A stretch of 43,321 nucleotides of DNA from Catajapyx aquilonaris (lineage: Eukaryota): the NCBI GenBank assembly GCA_000934665.2, contig JYFJ02003351.1:1-43321 (forward strand). Direction: 5' to 3'. Of the stretch, positions 33,745 through 43,321 are shown piece after piece. The stretch's first letter is position 1; each line of letters starts with the position of its first letter. Under the pieces are notes generated by a model. That model saw only the letters and a program-made list of their open reading frames with translations, did no database searches and was not told the DNA's origin. Made by a program: the position numbers and the translations under genes.

Positions 33745-34828
33745 TTGCAGTACACGATCGACGATCCATCCTCTGCACCAGGTAAACGCTGCAGCCTCAA
33801 ACTGCAACCTGTACCAGATGCTGAAGGTGACGGCGGAGCGGCTGGAACACAGGGACACAGATACAGACACAAGGTGCTTCCCCTTCTTGTTCCCCCGTGG
33901 ACGCTATGGGAAACTCCACGAACGGGATGTCCCCCTTCCCTGCAGCGAGTTTGTGAAATCACGCCTGCTGAGCGTTGACGGCCGTTTCCGGAGGGACCAA
34001 CAATAAATATCTGTTCCATCTCTTATGGGACGGAGAACTGAGGGCTCTCTCGGCTGGCATCTTTCACACTCTCAGGAGCAAGAGGAACAACTCCAACATG
34101 TCTGCATCATCACTTCTGCAGAGCCTGCAGGAGAACGACCCCAGCCTTCAGGTCGGCCTGCACACCGTGTTTAGGAACATGAGAGGAACCCGGCAGTATT
34201 GGTACCAGCGCACTAGCGAACTGTTGTGCATGAGCAGGGAGTTAGGCCCGCCTACGTGGTTCCTGACACTCAGCTGCGCGGAATACTTCTGGCCCGACAT
34301 GGAGGACTTCCTCAGGAAGGCGAATTCCGATCTCAGCCAGGGGATCACCACCTCTGCTCTGTGCGTGTTGGACCCGGTGAATGTGATGCGCCACTTCAAC
34401 AACCGCTTTCGGGCCATGCTGCGTTTCCTCTACAACTCTCGCTGTTTGGGAACCGTCGTGCATCATTTCTGGAGGTTGGAATTCCAGAGGAGGGGGAGTC
34501 CGCACGTCCACATGGTCCTGGGGATTAAGGACTCTCCTGTGCTGGGCCGTGACTCGAAAGAGGATGTCTGTCGCTTCATCCAGGAGCACATCACCTGCGA
34601 GCTTCCGGATGTGGCTGTTCATCCCAAGCTCCATCAGCTAGTCACCAAGTTCCAGACCCATCTGTGCAGCACATACTGTAGGCGACGCACGCAAGTCAGT
34701 GGAAAATTTGTCACCCGATGCAAATTTGGCTTCCCACGGCGGCAGTCGGACAGCTTCTTGCTGCACGATGTCATGTCCTCCATTCGCCACAGGCAGTCCG
34801 CCAAGTCAGGAAAGCGCCTCTACGAGGA
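33745..34828 (+). pseudogene. Helentron/Helitron2-type HUH Rep domain fragment
   Basis: CFPFLFPRGRYG...DGRFRRDQQ (frameshift at about 34005) YLFHLL...NMRGTRQYW...GPPTWFLTLSCAEYFWPD (motif 1)...DPV...WRLEFQRRGSPHVHMVL (HUH motif 2)...HLCSTYC...CKFGFPR; ends before the catalytic Tyr motif 3. Confidence 0.85.
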
Positions 34829-35645
34829 TGAGGGACCAAGAGACTTAGGAAGAACACCAAGCATGTCTCCACTCTATGAGAAACTCGGCCATAAGTCGGA
34901 GATTAGCTCCATTTTCATCAACCCACCTCCTACATGCCGCTTTCCACTACTCAGCAGACATTGACTATTCTTCTGTCGGTGTTGTTGCAATTGGTCCCAT
35001 GTCAGAGGTATATGCCACCATTGTCAGGCAAAGAAGTGGAAGAGTGAAACAAAAACGATCTGTTGCTCCATTGGAAAGGTTAGCCTTCCTCTACTGGCTG
35101 AGCCTCCACAGCTACTTAAAATGCTCCTCTTATATAGGTACATCACCTGATTCAAAACATTTCCTGAAGACCATCAGAAATTACAATTCGGCCTTCCAGA
35201 TGACATCTTTTGGGGCCAACGTTGTTAGAGAAGGGGGCTTCATGCCTACATTCAAAGTGCAAGGCAAAATTTACCATCGCATGGGATCACTCCTTCCTTC
35301 AGAAAATGTGAGTCCGCGGTTTCTGCAACTTTACTTCGTGGGGAACATGCAACAGCAGACTGAATACCGTTGCACATACTTAAACGGCACACGCCTCGAC
35401 ATCATACTGCAACTTCAAGAGATGATCCATTCCACTCATGTCAAAAGCTTCAAGCTTGCACTTGACAGTCCTCCTCCTCTGGAATTTGACTTGGTCATAG
35501 ATGCAGACAAGCGACCACAAGGTGAGCATCGTGGTCGATTCAATCAACCTTCTTGCAATGAGATTGCTGTCATCATGAGTGGTCAGGAGCATGGTAATAA
35601 GAGGGATATTGTGCTGAAGCTTCGAGACAACACGCTTCATCTATG
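34829..35645 (+). pseudogene. Canonical Helitron RepHel N-terminal fragment
   Basis: QET*EEHQACLHSMR repeat, AFHYSADIDY, IGPMSEV-CHHCQAKKW...CCSIGKV (alternate frame), SKHFLKTIRNYNSAFQMTSFGA, MPTFKVQGKIYHRMGSLLP, FLQLYF, DKRPQGEHRGRFNQP..NEIAV and RDIVL. Confidence 0.9.
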
Positions 35646-35649
35646 CAAA

Positions 35650-36366
35650 TATGAACGTAATTGGCTATACCAAAATGTTTATTAATTGACAAAAGCATTT
35701 CAGTACAAAGACAAAACGTCCCAAAGACACAAAGCACAAAAACAGCAAGAAAAACAATATCAACAGGTGAAAAGTATAAGTGAATACAGACATACACGTC
35801 CCAACATTCCCCTAAGACTGCTCCTTCCCTGTCACATGAGTAATGTAGGCCTTACGGGACCAAGAGATAACATCTGAAACGCAAAGTTTTTGCAGGAGTC
35901 TCAGGTAGGCCCTGCCACACAACTTCCTCAATATTTTATTGTTGGCAGGGTCCCAAGACCTGAGAGCCCCTACTACAATCGCTTCAACATGAACCTGCCG
36001 GTACTGGGCCTTGAGTCTTTCTGCCAGGGCAGCGTACTTCTCCTCTTTACTTCTTCTAGCCTCCTCGAAAGCCGTCCTCCGGTTCTCGAATGGCACCGTC
36101 ACGTCTATGATGATCGCAGTGTCGCCACTCACCAGGACGAGGTCAGGTCGCTGGGGACAGTCTGCAATGACCTTCTGGTTGTCTCCAAGGATAGAGAACT
36201 TGAGCCTCGATGCCCTCCGCACACGCTCCACCACCGCGTTGTGCCTGTTTTTGGTAGAAAGCTGCATGGCACATGCAATGGCCGAGAACATGAGGGAGGG
36301 TTTCATGGGGCTCTGGACACCGTCGGCAACGCTCCGGCTGGTCGATCGCCCATGGTCGGGCCCCAT
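35650..36366 (-). mobile_element. 3' fragment of an RLE non-LTR retrotransposon (NeSL/Utopia-like) with 3' UTR
   Basis: CCHC knuckle CRRC...ETLPHVLGHC, then after a frameshift RHNAVV...RPDLVL...IIIDVTVPFENR...ARRSKEEKY...IVVGALRSWDPAN...KLCVSDVISWSRKAYITHVTG; stop at 35812-35814 and a minus-strand AATAAA near 35680. Confidence 0.85.
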
Positions 36367-37427
36367 GCATGTGCATCAAGTCCAAAAAAAACACAATGGA
36401 TGTCAGATTGTAAGCTCTGCCATGCTGGAGCTTCTATACATTCTACATTTACTTCTACATTTACTGCACAACCTTCAATTTTTCAATACATACTTTTGCT
36501 GGATTTTGGAGGTGTATTGTGTATTCTCTTACAATCTGACATCCGCAGTGTGTTGTTTGGACTTCATGCACATGCAATATGCTCCATGTTATAGGTATGC
36601 CAACATTGTATTTGTATAGCCATAATTATTGCAAAGGTTACTGCCAAATCAATGAGTCACTCCTATGGAAAAGTATTTCATAACCCGAGCAACGCCGGGT
36701 ATCCTGCTAGTATTAAATAAAATAAATATAATATTGTTCCATATCTTCCGTGGCTTCTGATATATTTTTTTTGGAAAATTAATTCCAGTATGCAGCTTGT
36801 AGAAAAAACATTTCATCTTAATTGGCTAGGAAATTGGTTTTAATTTTTTTATAATTATAATAACATGATATATGTTACAATATACCTTACGAAACATTAA
36901 GAACAGCTTTCTTTACGCAACGACACTATCGGGACCTTTTTCTCATAAATTGTTCAGCATAACTATTGCGACAAATTTTATTTCAGAGCTTACTTTGCGG
37001 CAGATTTAATCATGTTAAATATATTAATTTTGAAACGACACCCCTTACGAAACACTTTGAAGAAGTGATATTAACGTTATCTGCTATAATTAAAGATGTA
37101 AATGGAACGGTTGATTTTAAATATTGCATGAAAAATTGGAAGAAAACTGGGGCTTCAGCTGAATCGCAACCTTAACGCAGATGACCAGGGAGCATCAACT
37201 TTATTTCCACTTTGTGTTTTGTGTGATTCTTCAGTAAACAGTAATTGAGGCAACAACATTTTAATAATAATCAAATAATCGATCATCAATCATCCGGATA
37301 AGGCTGTGGATGACAATGCTAATGTTATTCATCACCCTGAATCCAGTGTATGTATCAATGTATATCAACATGAGATTCCTGAAAGGCTGTAAGATATGGT
37401 ATATTAATAGGGATTGTTCCATGCTGG

Positions 37428-37731
37428 TGCAAGGGATGTGCCATACACGTCGGCGTGGCCAGGGCGTCCGGAGTAGTGGCTGGTGACGAGGGGGGAGGGG
37501 GGGGGCTTGTTTTTGATGAAGTACAGTATTGCATAGTGTAATATTTAAATTTAATATTGAGTGTCTGTTTATGAGGTGGGCCGGGGTGGGGGGGGGGGTG
37601 AAAGGGGTTGTTTTTAGGTTTATTCTTATGAGTTTTATTAGTTCATATATGTTGAGTTAACTTGCGTCTCCCTTCATCGCTGACTACCCCTCATAGGGAA
37701 ATGTCGTGATGTTGTTGATGTTGTTGTTGTG
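37428..37731 (+). mobile_element. 5'-truncated RTE-derived retroposon tail
   Basis: Shares sequence with 8712-8940 (GAGTAGTGGCTGGTG...; CCCTTCATCGCTGACT.CCCCTCATAGGGAAATGTCGTGATG), has a (GTT)n tail and a 14 bp TSD TTGTTCCATGCTGG at 37414-37427 and 37732-37745. Confidence 0.85.
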
Positions 37732-39781
37732 TTGTTCCATGCTGGAGTATATAGGTGTTGGTGACATGGATGTTTATGATAGAGTGGCCCGGGGTGGCCA
37801 TTTCCAAATCTCCAACAAGGACACAGCTGCTATGTATAGGCTATACAATATACCACGTACAGTACAATACATAGGCTATGTATAATGAATATAATATTTT
37901 GGATTATTACTTTATGAAAACCGAAATACACAAATTACCAAATTATTGTACTTAACACACTTCATAAGTAAAGTCTTAAGCCTAAATATTTAACCTAAAT
38001 GAAACATGTTTTAAGTTTTAAGTTTCAAGTTAAGTATGTAAGATGGCGTAGAAAATACACAACATAATTATAGCCTACTGTACTTAAGAGAATTTATTTG
38101 TCACATGACACTACATTGAGATGTATGCTATTTTGTGGTGTTCTAAAATGAATTTTCAAAACATACTGACACAATCACAGTAGTACGTACCTGGGTCACT
38201 GGGTGGTGTAAATGGAGCCATTTTTTTAATTAAATAAAAACACGTCAGTGGTTATGGTGGCCTTCAGTCCCCGAACTTTCCGCTGTTCTAATGCAGGTCA
38301 GGAAATTTATAATTCTTTTTAAATGGGCCACAAAAAGAAGGACAAGTTAACGTTATTCATTAGCTTGCTGTGGATGTAGCGTGGGACGAAGGCCAGAGTG
38401 CTCAAAAGGAGGACTGTCCTTCCTAAAGAAGGGCGTCTGGCCACCCTTTATGACGTCAAGGCAATGCTTTTTGTTGAAGGGGAAAAAACTCATTGGTGAT
38501 AGTTATACTCCTTCGAAATATGATACCAGTGCATGCAAAAGTTATGGGAACAAATCGAAATTTCTCATTGATAAGAAAGAAACTAGCCATGTTATGTTGC
38601 CCCAAGCCCCAAGCAGCAAAGGTTATTAATCCAGTTTCTAAAGCAGAAGTTTCTTTTGTATTGGAAAACTGGCTGGGTACAATAGGCCTAATTCTGGACA
38701 GGATCCTACACAACATTAATAACATACCGGTACCGTATATGGGCTGAATTTCTCTCATAGATCATGTTTGTCAAGGTTTTCTATAACAAGAAGATGCAGC
38801 TATTCAGGGGGAGGTTTCGCGTTTAATCATATCTTAGGGATAGAGGAATCCAGACAGATTATTAAATCTTTTATGTCCCTGATTCTACAGGATTTGGACT
38901 GGGAGTGGTAGTGTATAGGCCTAATAGTGTATTGATATTATATTGTATCCTTTTTCCAATATGCCCTTCGACGTGAACTTTGCTCTACGCGGATAACGTG
39001 GGACGCAGCTAAATCTTTATGTAAAAATAAATTGTACGGAATTTTACGGTCCAATTTTAAATACCTCGGCTTTATCAAGAGCGGAACTATTTCTCATTTT
39101 TTACGCGATCTGAGGTAAGTTGAAATCAGCAGGCCCCAATCTTAGGCAACTCTTCAGAGCAATATTCGGACACTTAGTTAGATCTTTGTCAGTTAAATGA
39201 CCAAATGATTATTTTTATACATACAGTAATTATAGACCTATAAACATACATTAGTATGTACAGGTACTGTACTATGTATACCGTACTGTATGTATGTATA
39301 AGTGCTTTTGAGCCATACTATATAAGCATGTAAGTTTATAAGCAATATTTGCATAAAAACGATAAGTCTAAGTACAAGTTTGACATTATACTATACTTTG
39401 TTCGCATGGAAAGAGTTTTGAAAGGTTCGCTTCTTATTCGTGCGATGAGTTTTTCGGGATTCTTACGTTTCCCTCCACTGCATCGTCTGAAACCTCTCTT
39501 CCTCAATATATTGTAGTGTCGTACGATTTGCTCAATTCATTTCCTGATTCTTCGTTGCTTGGTCATGATTACTGTGGCGTGGCAGCGTAAGGGTCTCCGG
39601 AATCATCTAACGCCTGCTTTCGCTAAACTAACCAACCAACCATCCAACCAATAAATTGGGTTTTAGCCCCTTTGGTAGTGATTCCTCTCACTTCGTGATG
39701 CCTTCAACCAATTTGTAATGAATTGAGCAGGGTCATTGCCAATTTCACTAAGGCGAAGTTTACATTGCCTTGTGAGTAACC

Positions 39782-39838
39782 TGCGTACAGGGAAAGTACA
39801 ATCATGAAAATTTCATGATTGTACTTTCTCTGTACGCA
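39782..39838. repeat. 57 bp near-perfect palindrome
   Basis: TGCGTACAGGGAAAGTACAATCATGAAA-A-TTTCATGATTGTACTTTCTCTGTACGCA: 28 bp arms with one mismatch. Confidence 0.9.
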
Positions 39839-40668
39839 TCAATTCACAAGTCGAACCCCTATTGCGACTTGTAATGGCGACACTTCAACATGGGGCAATG
39901 ACTGTGTGGATGGTTAGCAAACTCATGGCCGCTAAATACCAGCAGGTCCATTCACATGAACTGTACAGCATGCCTCTATTAATGTCCAACACTATACGTA
40001 TATACAAACATGGTTACGAATAAGTCCAGCAGGATCAAAGCCAGTACCGTGTATTAAATTCTGGACAAGTATCACACCTCCCAGTCGACCACAGATTGAC
40101 GTCGGACCTCTTCGGGTCCTAATACTTATGCAAGGGCAAGTTGACACTGGCATAGACTATACTGATGCAACAAAGTGGTTCGGTGAAATAAAAAAGGGGC
40201 AGTAATGCTTTGAAGTGCAGGACCATACCACTGCGCTGAGGCTGACTGAGGCACGTGTCCCACTGTTGACTATACCTCTGACAGCACTAACAGAAATGTT
40301 CTCCGGTTACCGCTATAATTTCATGGCAGTGCAGTGTATCCGACGTTTGGAGTGGAGCAAGTGTCTCAGGGGGGAGTACATACTGTACACTCTAGTAAAC
40401 AATTCACTACAAGCCATTATAGCATCTTTTTCTTTTCCAATTGGACCACTGGTGCTTAGGGCCGAAGAGTTTTAGGCGGTTTTAGGCATCTGGGTATATC
40501 TTTCCATCTTTTTTTTTTTTTTAAGAAAAATTTTTGCTCTCCCGCCTTTCTCTTCGCTTTGCTCTTCGCAGCTGCCCCCCCTAAATCTCAGGGAAATGCA
40601 GAAAATTTCTGGAGATTTCAGAAAAACCGAAGGTTTTGACAGATTTTTCTGAGCCTTCGGGGTCAGAA

Positions 40669-41029
40669 CAGGGGCGGATCCAAGGGGGGTGGGGGTCACG
40701 GGNGGGTTCACGGGGGCCCCCCCCCAAACCGTGGAAAGTGAAATATTTTCTAAATTTTAATCTGCAAATTAGGATGATTTTTCGGAAAAAGTGCTACCAA
40801 TTTCATCAAATACTGTACACACCCATTCAAATCTCCCACATTCACCTAAGCTCGTGTGACCTTGAACCCCCCAAAAATTTTCGCCTGCGGCGCTCTTGCT
40901 CGCCCTTTTCGGCTTATGCCCCCGCCCCGCCTTGCAATGGCCACCAAGTCTGCGGTATGGTACAGAACGGTCCGACAGGACCATGACAGCATGACCCCCA
41001 TCCAAATTGAAAGTCTGGATCCGCCCCTG
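40669..41029. mobile_element. hAT-like MITE (CAGGGGCGGATCCA termini)
   Basis: 14 bp perfect TIR; interior 40785-40895 recurs at about 43005-43115; the 8 bp flanks do not match. Confidence 0.65.
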
Positions 41030-41189
41030 CTGGCAAAGGGGTGTGTGAATCCAAAGAAATCCATGCACTGAAGTCTTGGCTGAAGTAGCTTGGAACTGGT
41101 CGTTCCTTGGACAACCATTCAGCGCATCCTTAGGAAGCACCACCCCATTATCTTTGGGCTTACACACACACCTTCACCAGAACCATTTC

Positions 41190-41410
41190 CTCCACCTTGA
41201 TTAATGTGCTGGGCCATCCTGTTCAGGGTGCATCGTCTATACTCCTTTGTGGTCCTGAAATTTTGGAGCAGTCTGCTCATGGTGCTTTGTGCTATGGGTT
41301 CTTTCTCTGGGTGCCTTTGATTACATTCTGCTGCCAAGTCTGTGTGGGTGTAACCTTCGCATCCACAGAGGAGAATGAGTTCCACACACCCGTCAGTGGT
41401 CAACATGGTT
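41190..41410 (-). mobile_element. Tc1-like transposase N-terminal HTH remnant (DUF4817-like)
   Basis: MLTTDGCVELILLCGCEGYTHTDLAAECNQRHPEKEPIAQSTMSRLLQNFRTT matches the typical pattern ELILL...VA.EFN.RHP...I..STV.RL..KF..TG. Confidence 0.65.
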
Positions 41411-41724
41411 CCCCTACAGAAAGACAAAACACCATTACTACAAAGCAATTGCTGCGGAACTTTATTTCGGGCACCATGGAATTTTTTGTTTAATTCATTC
41501 ATTTATTTACAAGTCATCATGCCACTTTTTCCAGTGTAGATCACTTCTAAAGGCAGAATTTATTTATTTTCAATAATTTCTTGTTATAATGAGCTGTAGC
41601 TCTCTGTTTCTCTATCTTTCTAGAAATTGGTTTCTGCTTGGATGTAGAATTTTTGCTTTAGTAGATTCCATTCTTCCCCTGCTTTCCCTAACTTTGTCAT
41701 TTGTAGCATTACTTTTGATATGAT

Positions 41725-42078
41725 TTTTGTTTATTTTTTATTTTTTTATTTACCCCGTGATACAACTACTTGGTCGTTATAGGGGCGTGGCAGACCACCA
41801 TACAGTTTTCTGATATATTTTCTTCGGTCACCGGTGCAAGGATTACTAGGAAATAGGGTAAGGGTTAGGGGTTTGGGGAGGGGACACATGTGCAGGTGCA
41901 TTGTCCAGCGGTGGGCCAGGTGCAGTCCCCCAGGAGGTCAGGTTGCCAAGACGCCTCCTTAGGCGCGGGTCATGACCCAATGACGCAAGCGAAAGGTTTG
42001 CTCCCGATTGGGGATTTGAACCCGGGACCTTTCGCATAGCAAGCCGAGACGTTACCATCTCGGCCACCGTGCCTCCCC
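41725..42078 (-). mobile_element. tRNA-derived SINE
   Basis: Minus-strand A-box TGGCCGAGATGG and B-box GGTTCAAATCC, an A-rich tail, and a 13 bp TSD CTTTTGATATGAT at 41712-41724 and 42079-42091. Confidence 0.9.
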
Positions 42079-42506
42079 CTTTTGATATGATATGTGATGT
42101 GGCTAAAAAGTTAGGTGAATGTTCAGATATCTTGAATGCAATTCAACACATGCGACAAGTTTGAGCATGTGCACGGACAGCCAGGGACAGAAGTGCCTCT
42201 TAGCGTGGAGCATGCATGAATGCAAGTACACAGCAGCCGCAGTCTTTCGAGCGCAGCTGGTGTGAGAGGTGGCATCGAACAGCAACCAAGCAACAACATT
42301 AAGTTCTGCTTTAAATTGGGGTAAACGAGTTGTATGCACAGTTTCTGGTCACGGCGTCCTTCACGTCCATTTTGATCAACATTTTGTGCTTCTCTGTTGC
42401 CATTTTCCCCTGTTTGAAGCCGGTATTAGTGTGTTGTTGCTCCATTGCTGCTTGACACCACCTCCCACACAGACTGCTCAAAGGACTGCAGTGGCTGTGC
42501 ACTAGC

Positions 42507-42779
42507 CGGCCTTGGTGGACTAGTGGTTAGCGCGCTCGCCTCTGGTCCCAAGGTTGTGGGTTCGAACCCGGCCAAGGTTGGTGACTTTTCTCCGAGTGGT
42601 ATAAAAGTGAGAGTGCGCCTTCCTTCGGGGAAGTAAAGCCGTCCCGTGTGCTTGTGACATTGCGCGAGTTCACGTTAAAGATCCCCAGAGTGGCCAAATT
42701 TCCAGGAGGAGGACCACCCCCTGGCGTCGGTGTTGAGCCTTAGAGGCAGAAATAGGCCGACGTTAAGCCCCACTGAACC
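42507..42779 (+). mobile_element. tRNA-derived SINE
   Basis: A-box TGGACTAGTGG and B-box GGTTCGAACCC; direct repeat CAGTGGCTGTGCACTAGC at 42489-42506 and 42780-42797. Confidence 0.9.
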
Positions 42780-42914
42780 CAGTGGCTGTGCACTAGCGGC
42801 CAGGGGTACTCCCCAACTTTGAGTTTCAGACATGTGTACCTGAGAGTTGCAAGGAGATTTTGGTTAAAAAATTAATTTACAATGTGCAACAATTATAATA
42901 CATTCTTATAGTGC

Positions 42915-43140
42915 AGGGATATTCAACTGGCGGACCGCGGTCCGGATCCGGACCGCGACAATATGCAGGACAGTTTGAAATCGCGTGATTAATTACTTAT
43001 TCATGATTTTTTTGGAAAAAGTGCTGCCAATTTCATCAAATCCACACCCATTCAAATCTCCCACATCTCACCTAAGCTCATCACCTCACCCCAAAAAAAT
43101 TTCGCCTGCGGCGGGCTCCTTCCCCGCCCTTTACGGCTTG
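42915..43140 (+). mobile_element. hAT-like MITE fragment
   Basis: CAGGGATATTCAACTGGCGGACCGCGGTCCGGATCCGGACCGCG left end plus interior shared with the 40669-41029 element. Confidence 0.5.
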
Positions 43141-43321
43141 TTCACCTTTTGCTTACGAAATGGGCCCCCCTCCGAAATTCTTCTGCCTACGCACCTGTAC
43201 AGGACATCATAAAGGGCGAAATTGTCTTAATATGCTGTCTTGATAGGCCCTCCTACCCGTACTGCACATGTTTATATTTTCGAATATGAACCCTGTGGTA
43301 CCATATAAAATCAAAATATTT

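Larger units (their letters stand above)
33696..36710 (+). mobile_element. Non-autonomous composite Helitron
   Basis: 5' end CTATATTATACTAATAAATGCG resembles insect Helitron 5' termini (exact TC start not seen). The 3' end has a GC-rich hairpin ACCCGAGCAACGCCGGGT then CTAG|T at 36707-36711. RepHel-derived coding fragments lie inside. Confidence 0.75.

Noticed and set aside
33975..35685. Two-ORF autonomous Helitron or domesticated gene
   Set aside because: Frameshifts, an in-frame stop, no catalytic Tyr motif and no Pif1 helicase; the last roughly 45 aa of the 329 aa ORF are out-of-frame read-through across the junction.
35890..36619. Plus-strand ORFs of 234 and 202 aa
   Set aside because: Shadow frames antisense to the RLE fragment, with no recognisable motifs.
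38250..38760. Possible decayed transposase or gene fragment
   Set aside because: Overlapping short ORFs on both strands without any motif I can recognise.
1..43321. CRISPR arrays, operons or other prokaryotic/phage systems
   Set aside because: No repeat-spacer periodicity or dense intronless ORFs; the window is intron-containing animal DNA.

Overview
Eukaryotic, almost certainly arthropod (probably insect) genomic DNA; no prokaryotic features. Three spliced host genes can be reconstructed from GT-AG junctions and reading-frame continuity. (1) The 5' part of an RMDN/FAM82 (PTPIP51-like) gene on the minus strand, running off to the left. (2) A complete mitochondrial ribosomal protein S10 gene on the plus strand (5 coding exons, about 172 aa), head-to-head with RMDN. 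(3) A complete R7-family RGS gene (RGS7/egl-10-like; DEP-DHEX-GGL-RGS; 11 coding exons, about 495 aa) on the minus strand, tail-to-tail with mRpS10. Introns and the right-hand 13 kb are dense with transposon debris: hAT, piggyBac, PIF/Harbinger and Tc1/mariner/pogo MITEs, tRNA-derived SINEs, RTE-derived fragments, and mariner and Tc1-like transposase remnants. The most unusual structure is a roughly 3 kb Helitron-bounded composite (about 33696-36710). It joins a Helentron/Helitron2-type Rep fragment, a canonical Helitron N-terminal fragment placed downstream of it, and an antisense Utopia/NeSL-type restriction-like endonuclease fragment. Also notable are uORFs whose stop codons overlap the predicted main start codons of RGS7 and RMDN. 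All family assignments are from motif recognition by eye, not from database searches.
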